Assembly: GCA_964016885.1 (NCBI GenBank)
Contig: OZ024745.1
Coordinates: forward strand, 17,670,001-17,734,000
Direction of reading: 5' to 3'
Length of the DNA stretch: 64,000 nt
Source: Eledone cirrhosa
Taxonomy: Eukaryota
Each line of letters starts with the position of its first letter. Position 1 is the first letter of the stretch. The position numbers and the translations under genes were made by a program. Positions 1-14,480 of the stretch are shown here, one piece after another. Below the pieces are notes generated by a model. The model saw only the letters and a program-made list of their open reading frames with translations. It was not told the DNA's origin and ran no database searches.

Positions 1-1138
1 TGTATTGTCTATTCATTTGTTAGAATAATTTCATAGCTTCGTTTGGTTCCCGAGTCACAGTGTATTTCTAATTTTTCCACAATTGTTATTAACTGGCTAG
101 CTTAGACTATTTTTTTGCGGTAAAAGCTTCGAATGTTGATAAATATAATTGTTAATTGTGTTTTAATAAATAACTTGAATTAACATTACAAAAACAGTTG
201 CGTTACATTTTTGTAACTTAATCATTGATACGTATATTGTGCCGAATATCGGAGACTAGTGTCTAATGTATAGTAATGAATACAAACTATCCCCAGATGA
301 CATAGTTCCGGGTGTGCGTTTATTTCCATGAGCTTATATTAGGAAGTTTGAAGGGTAAAAACTAATTGGAACAATGAAATATATAATTCATCATATACTA
401 AAAGTCGGAAAGCTTAGATATACTGCACTAGAGTAACGCTCTAGAGTTAATATACTAATTTGCCTGTGATCTCCCGTTTGTTCATTCCGACTAGTTACCC
501 CCCCCCCCCCCCACATCCCAATACACACCTACCTATATCAAAGACATTTGTTGTATATTAAATTACGAACCGACTAAAGGTAAGGGTTTTAAAACGAACT
601 AATGACAGGTGGTAGATGTTCTGACATTGGGAATGCCCATACATACTTTAATATTGGTTTGTAACTTCACCTAGAAATTGTTACCATTATTACGATCATT
701 CTGTCAACCATTTTTTCCAGTATATATTCCACCGGCGAGAATTTGCTTTCTTCTTGTCCTAAACAAATTCATTAATGCTATATATATAGCATGTTGTCTA
801 TTTTATGAATATTTATATATATTTATGGACATGTAGAAACATATGTATATATATGGCTTAGCCTATACTTGAAGACTAGCGTGATAGTATCAGCATAATT
901 TTCTTCATTTTCATTCAATAATTTACCATCATAATTTATGGTTTTGCTTTTGTATTTCTGTATAGACATATATGTATTTCAGTTGTACCATAATTACTTA
1001 AAGCATATACTCCTACACTCGAACTTATTACACATCGTTGTATACTGCCCTTCCCTTGTTTTTCCCCGTTTTATAAAAATCGGATCACACTTTTATCCAA
1101 ATACATATTCTTTCACACCTTATAGTAATTTACTGTAA

Positions 1139-1203
1139 TTGGAGACGGTGGCTTCTGACAAGAGGCGCTGGAAGAAGTGTTTGAGGACCCAGTCGCCACA
1201 AAT
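1139..1203 (+). mobile_element. 3' terminal stub of an RTE-like LINE followed by an (AAT)n tail
   Basis: Translates ETVASDKRRWKKCLRTQSPQ, resembling the RTE C-terminal A-x-DR-x-x-W motif, and runs directly into (AAT)n at 1201-1266. Confidence 0.4.
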
Positions 1204-1227
1204 AATAATAATAATGATAATAATAAT

Positions 1228-1268
<41 letters not shown>

Positions 1269-1563
1269 TGATTTCTTTATTGGCCACAAGGGCTGACATC
1301 AAGAAAAACATTACAGACGACACAGGATGGTACAGGGTGGGTTTGTGCGTGTAAAGATGTGTATTATTTATATAAGAAAAGAAAAAGAAAGGATATAGAA
1401 ACATATATATATATAAACAATAAAAATGAAAATTGAAACAATGAAAAATTCCCCAAAAGGGGGGAAACCTCCGAGGGTTACTCGTGGCGAAAACCACACA
1501 AAAGACCACGGCCACCCTGATCACCAGGGCAAGCGCCCTCTCTCAATTTTTCCATCTCTCAAA

Positions 1564-4500
1564 CTACAGACGTATATTCAGAGTGGTCCCGTTCACTCGG
1601 ACCATTCTCGCTACATTCACCCACCTTTCAACAAACTTGCTAGAAAGCAGCACTTGCCTCTCCACCCTGATTTTCCTCTTCAAGTGAAACTTGAAAAAGT
1701 TAATTAGGGATTCGCCGAAGAGGAAAGTGTCTGTCTTTAACCCTTTCAACCTTGTCCACCACACAATCTCTTTCGCCATGGCCACCAGGCAGATGAAAAC
1801 CGCCTGCCCTTCCTCCTCGAAGGAAGACGGCGAGACCATCTGCAAAATGGACTCAGTCGACAACCGGATCAGTCTAACATGCGACAGCAACTGTTCGACA
1901 TAGCTCCACAAGTCAGCAATGCTCGGGCACTGAACGAGTGCGTGCAAGACGGTTTTGTCGCTCTGCGCGCGCATCTCGGACAGTCTCGACTGGCGGTACA
2001 TCCGTGCCTGTAGAGATTAGCTCGAACCGGCAGCGCTCCCCGGTAGCACTGATAGGCCAGGGATTTTGGGAAGTTATCCATAGGCCCCGGGCTGAAAGTT
2101 CTCCGGGAGAGAGCAAAGAGTTGATCTTCTTCGACTCCCAGGATCTCTCCGAGAATGTCGTCGCTCTTCCCCTCCACTAGTCCTCTATAGAACGCCGAGG
2201 TGGATGTTCCACCGAACTGGTGCCCAGCTGGGAGAGGGCAGTGAGCGCCTGGAGACATTCCAGTTTCCAAGCGCTATCACTGGGTCTTTTTCTGAACAAG
2301 GACTGCAGCTCCGTCAAGGAGACGAGCTGTGAGAAAACGTGCCTGGCGAACGGCGACCACACCTGTTCACCATCAAGGAAGCACCAGAGATGTCGCAGCC
2401 TCAGCGCATGTTTGCGCATCATCAGCCATGACATGCCCAGTCCTCCATGCAACGGGTGTTGACAGCAGATGGATCGTCTGACCATGGGAGCGCGTCCATT
2501 CCACAAAAAGCGGAAGAGGAGGCGCTCCATTTTGGTGAGAGTTGGGCTGGAGCAAGGGACGACGGTGAGGCGGTAGCAGATGACGGATGCGATGTACGCA
2601 TTCGCCACCTCCGCCCGCCCTTTAGGGACAGCTACCTCTCAGCCCATTTCTAGGTGAGGGAGGCCACCCTGCTCGTCACCTCGTTCCAGTTTTTCTCCAT
2701 CTGGAGGTCCGGTCCGAAACAGACCCCGAGCAATTTAACCGGTCCGTCCAACGCCCCACGGCGCTGTCGGACGGCATGGACTTGCCTCTCCAGGTGCCGA
2801 GCTTCAAACCCACCAACTTTTCCTGGTTTATCTTTGCTCCTGTCACCGCTTCGTATTACTTGAGAGCGGTGCCGAGCATCTGGACGTGTCTGGTGCTCGA
2901 CACCACCACGGTGACGTCGTCAGCGTAAGCCGACTCCGATTTCCCGTATCCTAGTTCGCGTGGGACGCCCCTCACCGCCCCCAGTTTGTGCAGTAACGGC
3001 TCGAGAGCCAATACGTACAAGAGGGACGAGAGGGGACAACCCTGGCGGACTGAGCGCATGATGCTGTAGGGCTGCGACCGGTGACCGTTCACCCTCACAA
3101 CTGAGCAGATGTTGCTGTACATTGCTGCGATTCCACCCCTAAAAACGGGCCCGAAACCGGCTGCCTCGAGGACCGCCGCCAGGTACCGATGGTCGTTCCT
3201 ATCGAATGCTTTGGATTGATCCAAGTTCATCAGGGCCCCACCCTTGCCAGGTTCCTTAACCACCCTCTCTATGATGTATCGCATGAGGTGGAGGGTGTCG
3301 TGTATGGATCTGTCCGGAATGGTGCATGTCAGCGCCTTTCCCACCAGACCCTTGACAACAAGCGCCAACCTCGTTGCTAACACCTTGGCCAAAATCTTGA
3401 ATTCTGCGTTTAGCAGGGTTATGGGCCTGAAATTATCGATAACATCCCACTCGTTCGGGTCTTTTCTCAGCAGCGCCACTGCTCCCCGGCTCACAAAACT
3501 GGGAATGCTCCCGTTCTGCTGCCAGTTGCAGTAGCCGTCTGCCAAGAGGTCACCGAACAAATCTGGCATAAATGCATAAAGCTCGTAGGGCAGACCATCC
3601 AAACCTGGCGATTTACCCCTTGTGCAGTTAGCCATCGCTTCGCGTAATTCACCGGCTGTTATTGGCTTTTCGCAACACTGTGCTGCGGTCGTCGAGAGCC
3701 GAAGCAGTCCGTCGAGGTATGCACTGAAATCCATGCCCGATCCGGGCCGCCGCCGCTTCCGAACAGTTCAGCAAAGTGCTGCTGAAAAGCTTCACACATC
3801 CGCTCGGGTTCGAGCATCATGCACCCGTTTGGGTCAGACAAAGACCGAATTGTGGCTTTGTTGCCACGTCGCGCCTCTTCCACCCGGGCCCATTAGACGG
3901 CTTTTGTCCCCTCGTATTTCAGAGCACTCGCTCTAGCTCTGACAACGCAGCCTTCGTGTTTTGCGTTGAAGAATTGGTCGAATGTAAATCTCGACGCAAG
4001 CACGTCGGTTGTGATGCCTGTCCTAAATACCTCTTCTAGCTTTCTGACTAGCTCTCCCTCTACTCTATTTTCCTCTATCACCTTTGCTAAACCTAATCGA
4101 CTCTACTTTAATTGCCCTTTTCAGAGCGAACCACCACCTGTTGTTGACGACCGCTCCCGTCAACGCCCGCTTAACTAATACGCTAATCCGATCACTGTAG
4201 GCTTTGCGCGCCGGGAAAGACGCTTTCAGCTTCCAGTAACCAGGCCCTTGTCTATGAAGTCTGTCTATGTCAATCTCACAGATCACAAATTTATGGTCTG
4301 TGTAGTCGACTATTTTAAATTGTGGACAACTTATACTAGCCTTATCTAGTTCTCTGCAGAATACCCTATCGAGATACGATCTGGATGACCCGATACGGTT
4401 TGTCCATGTCCACATTGGCACATTCGGGTGATCCAGTCGATACCTGTCAGACAGTTCAAAACGTCTGAGCAGGTTGGTGAGGGTCTTGCACCCTCCTCCC

Positions 4501-4973
4501 CTATCCACTAGCCCCACACGATCCCAGCGTGCATCCAAGATACCGTTCCAGTCGCCCACTAACACTAAAGAGCGGGACGTTCCAAGAAAGGTCTCTAGAC
4601 GTCTGAAGAAATCTGGCCGTCCTGCACCTGTTGGGGCGTAGACAGCTACTAGCCTGAAAGCATTGTCTTCGCTGCCGGTCACGTCCAGCACCACCCACTT
4701 ACCTTCTGGGTCTAGGAAGATGGCCCGTATCGCGAGATCCAAGCCTCTCCGAAAAAGGACGGCAACCCCTCCCACCGATCCTGGACGGCTGGGAGATGCG
4801 TATACATCGTAGCCGCCGAAGATCGGTGCGAAGGCTTGTGCTTCGGAGATTCAGGTTTCACTAATGGCCACCACATCTATGTTTAATGACCTGAGGTCGT
4901 TGAGCAGGTGACCCTGCTTCTAAGATGACCCCAGGCCACGTGCATTTATACTGCCTATTCTGAGTACGGCCAT
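1564..4973 (-). pseudogene. Tx1 ORF2: APE endonuclease, reverse transcriptase and C-terminal Cys domain, disrupted
   Basis: ATG at 4973 gives MAVLRIGSINARGL then a premature stop. APE motifs GGVAVL, VYAP, GDWN, YLDR, TDH. RT motifs KSPGLDG, RPITLLN, LDQSKAFD, RQGCPLS, YADD. C-terminal CPRC...HALVQC. Several frameshifts. Confidence 0.92.
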
Positions 4974-5005
4974 GTTGGATGAGAAACGGGGCAAGTGAGA
5001 AGGGG

Positions 5006-7090
5006 TCACTTACCTTGTTCGTGTGGTGAAGGGACAGTAGAACCGTCTCTTTCGCTGGTCATGGGTGTTTCCAAGAGGATGTCAGTGTATATCCTCTTGG
5101 TAACCGACCCTCTGAAGTTGCCAACTGCGTTGGGGAATTTTTGTTTGAAAGGTTTGTACTGTTCTATTGAGATTTCGATGATTCTTATGTTTGTCGGGAG
5201 AGTTCTTGGTGTTGGTGGGGTGTAGTAGTTTTTTTCTGTGATGCCTGTGTGCTGCTTTATATGTTGTATGAGTTCTTTTTTTGCCATGTTTATGGCTGTG
5301 TAATTTTTGGGGGAGGGGTGATTTTGTTGCTGTTTTCGTCTTGTTGTTGTTTGGTATGTGTGTCTCGTTGTGTTTGCGTTGTTGGTGTTTTTGGTGATGC
5401 TGGTGGTCGTGTGGTTGTTGTTGTCAGTGGTGCTTGTGGTGGTGGTGGTGTTGCTGCAAGTTTCCTTGCTGCCTTTACCCCTCTTTGTATGCCTTCGCTT
5501 TTGGAGAGAGAATCTAAGGTTTTTTTTCTTTTTTGTTTTTTTTGTGGCAGACCGTTTGCCACTTCACTCCCGTCTCAAGCTTCATGTCGGATTCTCTGGC
5601 GTCTGGGAGGGGTATGTGCTCCACGGCTGTTGGTGGTGGTAGTGGAGCCCTCTTCGGCAATTTTGTTGCTGGTGTAGCTACTTTTGTTGCTGGTGTAGCC
5701 ACTGATGATGATGCTTTAGTTGTCTGTGACATTGGTACGGGTGCTACGGACGTTGCCCTCCTACTCACCGTGGAAGGGGCTTCTTCGTTTGTTGCCTGCC
5801 CTGCTCTTGGTAGCAGCGGACAAGGTATTGGAAGGAGAGGGGCCTTCTTCTTCGCTGTCTTCTGCGGGCAAAAGGCCCTGATGTGACCTTTCAACCCACA
5901 GAGATAACATTTTGGCCGTCTTCCTTCTACACTTATAGGGAGTTGGAGTCCTCCTCGATGTCTATGATATCGGGGATAGCGTCGATACATTCCTGGTCAG
6001 TTTGTATAAGCATTTTCATGCCTATACCTGACCAGTTCTCTCTCTCTGTGTTTTCTACTTGCAGCATGGTTGTCCTGTTCTCGATTCCAGCAAAGAAAGA
6101 CGCGGCCAGCCAAGGTATGGGCACGTCGGGTGGGACCTGGGTCACTTTGACCCTCACAATTTTCTGCCCGCAGTAGGAGGGCACCAATACTATCTCCTCA
6201 CTCTTTGGGGTTTCCAAAGAGTGAGATTTTGCTTCCTGAATGGTGGCGAAAAGTACGTCTACTGTGGCGTACTTTCTGCCTCGGGTGATGTGGATTTTGC
6301 GTGCCCAGACGCGCCCCAAGGCCTTTCGGATTTGAGCCTCCGTGGCTCTCTCCACCCGATGAGAGATTTTGCTCACGGTGCGGTAAGTCACCGTCCGTAG
6401 CTGCTGGTCCTTGAAAAAATCGAGTGGAGGTTTCAGGGAGACTCTATTGGCGCTTCTTGTCACCATGGCCCTTGCCACTGCCATCTCCACTTCTGTGACT
6501 AACACTGTCTCGATATTTCGGGCGACAGCTGCAAAAGAAGTGGTCCCTTTTTCAGCAGCACCACTATTGCTGCCGCTACTGGTCTTACTTGTGGTGCTGA
6601 GATCGCTATTACAGGTATCGATGTCATTGTTGTTGTTTTCGTTGGTACAGTTGTTGGTGATGTTGTTGTTGTTTTCGTTGATACTGTTGCTGTTGTTACT
6701 GTTATTGTGGCTGTTGTTATAATTGTTGTTTTTGTTGATACTGTTCCTAATATTATTGTTGTTGTGGCTGTTGTTATTGTCATTGTTATTGTCGTTCTCG
6801 ACCTTACCGCTGTTATTTTTGTTATTGTCGTTCTCGACTTTACCGCTGTTATTTTTGTTGTTGCTGTTGTTATTGATGGTGTTGTTGTTGGTGTTGTTGT
6901 GGGTGTTATTGTTGGTGTTGTTTGTGTTAGAAATATTCGTTAATTTTAAATCTGTAACAATCTTCTTTTCCTTTGTAATATTGTCGTTTATATTTACCTC
7001 CGCTGGAACGCTGTCTTGTTGACATGCTGATAAAGTCTCCCTCTCTCTGTGTTGTCTGACAGCGCTCTCCATGTTTCTTGTGTTATCCAT
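5006..7090 (-). pseudogene. Tx1 ORF1 (gag-like), frameshifted into 4 pieces
   Basis: ORF pieces 5933-7090, 5514-5990, 5290-5562 and 5006-5287. Asn-rich N-terminus, RRM-like segment (RKYATVDVLF), zinc knuckle CYLCGLKGHIRAFC, Pro/Thr-rich tail. Confidence 0.82.
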
Positions 7091-7304
7091 GTTGAAATTT
7101 TTTCAAAATATATTTTTACACAAATACGAATATGACACCCCGTAAAGGGGTGCCGTATTATTTACGAGTGAACCCCTGTATTAGGTGGGTCACTTATTCT
7201 AAACTTTTATCAAATTTAAAACTTGAATAAAAGGTTTAGAACGTTGAAAACGAGGTAAAACCTTGACAAGAACTGGAGGCGATAAGAAGCGTGGCTTCAC
7301 CAAC

Positions 7305-7340
<36 letters not shown>

Positions 7341-9023
7341 GTATGAAGTCCTGGAAAACAGAGTTAACATCAGCTGGAGAATCCTTGGGAGGCGTGAAGA
7401 TCAAGAGAGGTATCTTCCATGGAGATAGTCTGTCCCCTCTGTTGTTTGTCATTGCCCTGATGCCCCTGATCATTATACTGCGAAAAGTAAGAGCAGGATA
7501 CAAGTTGAGAAAGGGAGAGCTTATCATCAATCACCTCCCCTTCATGGACGAGCTTAAGCTCTTCGGGAAGAGTGAGAAGGAGTTGGATGTGCTTGTTGAC
7601 ACTGTCCGTATTTTCAGTAATGATATATGTATGCAATTTGGTTTTAGTAAGTGTGGAGTCCTTGTGATGAAGAGGGGTACATTGAGCAGAAGCAACGGAA
7701 TTCGGGTACCAACAGGTGAGATGATAAAGGAAATTGACACTGAAGAACGATACAAGTATTTGGGTGTTCTGGAGGCTGATGACATCAAGAATAAAAAAAA
7801 TGAAGGAATTGATAAGATCTGGATACATTCGGAGAGTACGGAGCGTATTAAAGTCACACCTGAACAGTAGGAATGCCAGAAGTGCAGTAAATTCCCGAGC
7901 TGTGTCTATTATTAGGTACAGTGCGGGAATTCTGAGATGGAATGTTGCTGAACAAAAAGAAATGGATAGGAAGACTAGGAAGCTATTGACTATCTACATG
8001 TTCCACAAGAGGAGTGATGTCGATAGACTCTACTTAAGGAGATCTGAAGGTGGAAGAGGTCTTATCAGCATAGAGGACTGTGTTCAGATGGAGAAAAACA
8101 ACCTACACAAATACGTGACTGATAGTAAGGAGCCAATGCTCAGAACTGTACTGAAGGAGGGGACAGTAGACCAGGGGATGTCCAAGGAGGAAATAACAAG
8201 GAGAAAGAGCAGCCTTCATGAAAAATCCCTTCATAGTACCTTCTTTAAGAAAACTGAATTCAGAGATCCACAGACATGGAACTGGTTGAAAAGAGGAGAC
8301 CTTAAAAAGGCTACAGAAGGAATGCTAATGGCTGCGCAAGAGCAAGCCCTCAAAACGAAGTGGTGTAAATACCATATTTACAAGGAGGAGGCTAGCCTAC
8401 TGTGCAGGATCAGTGGAGAGAGAGAGGAGACTGTGGCTCACATTGTATCGGAGTGTAAACACCTAGCCCAGACTCACTATAAGGGCTGGAGAGATGATGT
8501 GATGGGCAGGGTGATCCACTGTAAACAATTTACCACATTCTGAGAAGTGGTATGAGCATAAGCCAGAGGCGGTGATAGAAAACGATCAGGTGAAGGTGCT
8601 GTGGGATTTTAGGATACAGACGGACAAGAAACTGGAACACAATAGACCTGACCTGGTGGTTTTGGACAAGGAAGAAAGATCGTGCCTGATTGTGGATGTG
8701 GCCTGCCCATTCGACACGAAAGTGCAAGAGAAGGAGAGGCAGAAAATTAACCGATACCAGGACTTAAAGTGGGAGGTAAAAAGGATTTGGAACTGCCATG
8801 AGGTCAAAGTGGTCCCGATTGTCATAGGCGCACTAGGTTTCCAAGGATGGTTAAAGAAAATTGGCCCCGCCCCACTTTTTGGAACACTTAAAAAGGCATG
8901 CTTGCTGGGAACAGCAAGAACCCTCCGATACGTCCTGAATATCTGAGGCTGCAGGTAGTGGCTTGATATTAATTTCAACAAACTTTATAATTAACTAACA
9001 TCAATGACTGAGACTCAAAGAAC
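7341..9023 (+). mobile_element. 5'-truncated R4/Dong-clade LINE (RT, zinc knuckle, restriction-like endonuclease)
   Basis: RGIFHGDSLSPLLF, FMDELKLF, YKYLG, GGRGL, CRI..ETVAHIVSEC, RLE motif LWDFRIQTD..RPDLVV..IVDVACP. Frameshifted. (AAT)n on both sides. Confidence 0.9.
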
Positions 9024-9043
9024 AATAATAATAATAATAATGA

Positions 9044-9119
9044 GAAGAAGAAGAAGAAGAAGAAGAAGAAGAAGAAGAAGAAGAAGAAGAAGAAGAAGAA
9101 GAAGAAGAAGAAGAAGAAG

Positions 9120-9149
<30 letters not shown>
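9044..9149 (+). repeat. (GAA)n microsatellite
   Basis: Pure AAG run directly after the Dong (AAT)n tail. Confidence 0.95.
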
Positions 9150-9150
<1 letters not shown>

Positions 9151-9400
9151 TTAAACCGTTAAATCTCACCATTCCCAACATATAGACTTATCTAATTTTA
9201 CAAACGTCACTAAACATTTTGGCCAAAGTAGACATAATCTAGTTTGTTAGTGTTTCTTTAAAATAAATAAATAACCTGCCTAGAGCTAGACGTGATCAAT
9301 AACTCAATCTAATAGCAATACTTTGATCCGATATTGATTGGAAAAACACGTATTCTTATTGTTATCATTATTATTATTATTATTATTATTATTGTTATTA

Positions 9401-9949
9401 CTCTTTGAGTCTCAGTCATTGATGTTAGTTAACTGGAAAGTTTGTTGAAATGAATATCAAGCTACTACCTGCAGCCTCAGATATTCAGGACGTATAGGAG
9501 GGTTCTTGCTGTTCCCAGCAAGCATGCCTTTTGAAGCGTTCCAAAATGCGTGAAGGGGCCAATTTTCTTTAACCATCCCTGGAAACATTTTGAGATAGTC
9601 CCTAGTGCGCCTATGACAATCGGGACCACTTTGACTTCATGGCAGTTCCAAATCCTTTTTACCTCCCACTTTAAGTCCTGGTATCGGTTAATTTTCTTCC
9701 TCTCCTTCTCTTGCCCTCTCGTGTCGAATGGGCAGGCCACATCGACAATCAGGCACGATCTTTTTTCTTTGTCCAAAATCACCAGGTCAGGTCTATTGTG
9801 TTCCAGTTTCTTGTCCGTCTGTATCCTAAAATCCCACAGCACCTTCACCTGATCGTTTTCTATCACCGCCTCTGGCTTATGCTCATACCACTTCTCAGAA
9901 TGTGTTAAATTGTTTACTTTGCATAGATGCCAGTGAATCACCCTGCCCA
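9401..9949 (-). mobile_element. R4/Dong-clade 3' fragment (RLE domain), same family as 7341-9023
   Basis: ORF 9477-9950 is nearly identical to 8572-8946 and shares the 3' UTR. Bounded by (ATT)n at 9355-9400 and 9950-9972. Confidence 0.9.
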
Positions 9950-9973
9950 ATTATTATTATTATTATTATTATT

Positions 9974-10611
9974 GTTTGCATTTATCTTGCTTTATGTTTA
10001 TACGAGTTATCACCAAGTCACAACCAGTGACCTCAAGAGACAACAAGGATGCATATTCACACATGCATCCTTAGTGTTTAGACTTGTGATGTACTTATAT
10101 TGACAGGATCTTCCTTAGTATATGGGCAGTTCCCATTAGTACTATCTTTTGTATTTCTCCTATACGCGGGTTTTCTGGGATTTGCGATAAGTAGTCGTTA
10201 GACCCCTTAGGTATCATTCCTAGAGCGCCTACAACCACTGGTATTGTTTTAGTTCTCAATTTCCACATTTTTCCAATTTCTATCTCCAGGTCCTTATACT
10301 TGCTCAATTTTTCAAATGTTTTTATAGATACATTCTTGTCTATTGGAACAGACATATCAATTAGCAGGCATACCCTCCTTTGAAAGTCCTTCAATATTAT
10401 ATCAGGTCTATTTGCATCTATTTTTCGGTCTGTTTGGATGCTAAAGTTCCACAAGATTGAGATGTGATCTTTTTCAAGTATGGGAGGTGGTTGATGCTCC
10501 TCACCAATTCTTTTGATGGGGCAGGTCAAAATGCTTACACATTATCCAATGTATGTATTGTGCAGCTCTGTAATGCCTGTTTAGGTATTCGGTTGGAGCT
10601 ATAGGACTGCA

Positions 10612-10612
<1 letters not shown>
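9974..10612 (-). mobile_element. R4/Dong-clade 3' fragment, second family
   Basis: EYLNRHYRAAQYIHW and ILWNFSIQTDRKIDANRPDIIL..LIDMSVP..KYKDL..VVGALG. Bounded by (ATT)n on both sides. Confidence 0.88.
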
Positions 10613-10690
<78 letters not shown>

Positions 10691-11794
10691 TTATTTACAT
10701 TTTTGTAATATAATATCAAATATATCGTTATAGAGATGAGATATGGTCGTTTATGTCAGCAAATACATTTGTCTCCGATAAAAAAATTGCATTAATATGA
10801 TTTAAATAGGTTTTGAATGACAAACTTAATAATAAGCATAAAAAAGATTACTTTTGGACTAGCCGTTAATATCACAAATCAAAGAACCAATTAGGTACTT
10901 AAATCGATGTAATTGATTTATACGGAATTAATACATCCCCTCAATTTGCATAACACTGAGGGTGTGGATCACGGACGAACCCTCTGTCTGATGTTTGCTC
11001 TTAAATATATTTTCTGCTTGAAATTCCAACGGTCGCAGAAATTCCAGGCAAGGCTGAACAAATACTAATTTGGAAACTCTTTCGAGCACAGCATTAACGT
11101 GAAAAGTATCGGCTGACACATTCATAAGCAGAAAATTTCATAGGTTAACCAAGATACTTTCATGTAAAGGAGGTGTATTTTTCAACATAGTTCCTGGAAA
11201 TCAAGTATGCAGTTATTAAATAGAAAAGCTGAAATTAACGCATGCAACATTTCGAAGCCCTATCTTCACTACTTCATAGTCAGCCTATGAAATTTTCAGC
11301 CGAGTCTCGTATATTCGAAGAACAACGTGAAAGATAGATACCACGCAGCACCGTTAATCAAAGTTTGATATGATATCTGTGAAATCCTACCTAAAATAAA
11401 TCCAGAACAGAAAAAAAAACGTATTTTCTACAATCATAAAGCCTATATACTACTACAGACATACAAGTTGAAAATCCTCACTATAATGTCCACAACATGT
11501 CTATGAGTTCGGAACTAAATTAGATGAATGGCAATAGGAAAATATGTTTTGCACTTTCGAAGTGTGTGTGCCCCGAGCAAGAGAGGACCATAAATAAATA
11601 TGTTTATAGCGTATATGCCCATATGCAAAAATCATATGAAAAGCGTCTTACTGCAGTTATATACTAATGAGCATGATCTAATCGACTCATTGTCAATTCT
11701 TATCCCAGGTATTTTGACATCTGCGAGAACGGATCTGCTGCATTTAAGGCTCAATATTTCGAGCTCTGCAATATCGAACACCATTACCAGGTTT

Positions 11795-11966
11795 TAGCGA
11801 ATATTATTTTAATATGCTTTGACGCATAGAGTTACGGCCCTTGCCATTCTGTGTTCAAATACCGCCGAGGTTAACTTTGCCTTTCAACATTAAGGAGTCG
11901 ATAAAACAAAGTACCAGTAAAGCACTGGGTAATTGCTGACCTTGTGCCAAATGTAGAAACAGTTAT
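11795..11966 (+). mobile_element. tRNA-derived SINE family A, diverged copy
   Basis: B-box-like GTTCAAATAC, central GGTTAACTTTGCCTTTC..GTCGATAAAA, 3' CCTTGTGCCAAATGTAGAAAC. Confidence 0.8.
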
Positions 11967-13119
11967 TTTAAAAGAACATAAATATCTGACTGAGCGAACT
12001 GTTTACAGAGGGAATGAACACTGTCGGTCGAAGTTGACCGTTTTTGCAAATGTATCACTTTCACCACGCCAGAAAATTTAGTGAAACATCAGAAATAGTA
12101 TTTTGGATGTCAAATTCTATTACATGAATGTGTTTCAAAGGGTTCCAAAATATATACTTAAACATGCATTTTATTATATCATCTGATAATTTCCACTTAA
12201 AAAACAGCAGTGCTTCGTCGTATGTCATGCGCTTCATGACATGCTTAGTGACATAACATTCGTCACTACAAACATTACTGTTAAAATGAAACTATGAATA
12301 TCTTGATAGACTTAACACATTTTGTAGTTGCTGTACATATCAGAAACATTTTCTCATCGCATGTCACCTGGATACAGAAATTGCAAAAATAGTAAGCCCG
12401 AGAGAAAGGGAAGCTAACACAGGTTTTTCCATTGATTTCATTAATGCTAGACTGAAAATAATAAAGGAATCCTGCTAATGTGTTAAACCTAAGTGTTGGA
12501 CCCATGACAAATTCATTTGTTCATCCGTAGTTATACATATGAAATTATGTTTTAGTTTATCCTATGATATTGTCGATTCATGCCATAAATACGATAGAAA
12601 AATTGTAGAGTGGCGTTGCACTTTAGTCACCGATGGCCAACTAAAGGAAGCAAGGATTCTAGCTTCAAATCATTTATATACCCAATCAATTAACCAGATC
12701 GGACGAAACATTCAGTACATATATTTCCCTATATATTGACATAGTATCAAAATTATAGTCGAAGACGAGTGTGACTGAGAATTTACCTAATATATTATCG
12801 TTAAAAGTAAGCTGACATAGAACACTATCTAAAAACCTATGTGTAAGTAGATTCCCGTAGATTGTAAACAACCTAGAAATGCTTGTCTGAGAAATTTCTG
12901 AATACATAATCAATAGTTAAATATCAGCTATTATATTCGTATCTAAAATGTAGGCATATATTGAATCTGATAGAGTTGTTTATATCTTGAGATTCATGAT
13001 ATAATATGTGTACGTATACCATCAGTAGACACTACATTCCTCTTGCAAATGTGTGACCATGACTTTATTTATGTGTGTGTGCCTGTATGTATATGCAATC
13101 TTGTGTGCATGCATATATG

Positions 13120-13158
<39 letters not shown>

Positions 13159-14014
13159 GTCTGTGTATATATGTCTGTGCGTCTCCTGATTTGTGCGTGT
13201 AGGTTTCTTTGTATGTGAGTCTTTATGTTCATAAGATATGTAATTACAAACTTTAACATGTTTATCTCTTTCTCACTCACGTTACAATAACAAACAGTCA
13301 GATATATACTTGTATGTGTGTATATCTCTTTATATGTGAATATCTAACAGTGTGTGTGAATGTATGTGTATGTGTGACTCTGCAAAGGTGTGTCTGTATA
13401 TGTGACGCTCTTCGTATAGGACAATATGTGACATTGATTGACTGTGTCAATGCCTATGACTGTGTTTGAGTGTTTGAGTGTTTGTATGTGTGTGTGCATA
13501 TATTTGTGACTCGTTCGTTCATGTAAATATATGACACTCATTGTGTGTGTGTGAGTATGTCTGTGTGAGAGCTTGTGTGTATGTGTATGTTTGTGTGTAT
13601 GTGTGTGTTGCGCGCGCGCGTTGTTTGGTTGTTTAGAGTTGCCATTTCATTACTTTTTAGAACAAATTGTTGGAAAGGAAGTTTTTTTTATATATATTTG
13701 CTTGCTTCATTTAATATGAGATGCAATATAACGTAAATCTTCTTATAATACAAGAACACCTGCAGAGAAAATGTCTTTTTTTTTTCCTTTCCTCCCTCTT
13801 CAATTTACATCTTTCCAACAATATTTCAAGATTTGATTATATAAAAGGAACTGAAATTTCAATTTTTGACAATCAATTTCACAGTTACACACAAACCCAC
13901 GAATATACATTCACACACACACACGCACACACCTTATAATCATGCAGAAACGCGCACAGAACACAAACACATACATTTCCCTTTAAAAGAATAGGTGTGG
14001 ATATTGTTTGAGTA

Positions 14015-14480
<466 letters not shown>

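Larger units (their letters stand above)
1267..7299 (-). mobile_element. Near full-length, decayed Tx1/L1-clade non-LTR retrotransposon
   Basis: ORF1 with CCHC knuckle and ORF2 with APE, RT and C-terminal Cys motif. The 3' end reads CCTTGTGGCCAATAAAGAAAT then (ATT)n. Flanked by (AAT)n on the + strand at 1201-1266 and 7305-7339. Confidence 0.92.

Noticed and set aside
1938-7022. Many plus-strand ORFs overlapping the Tx1 element
   Set aside because: Antisense shadows of GC-rich or trinucleotide-rich LINE coding sequence.
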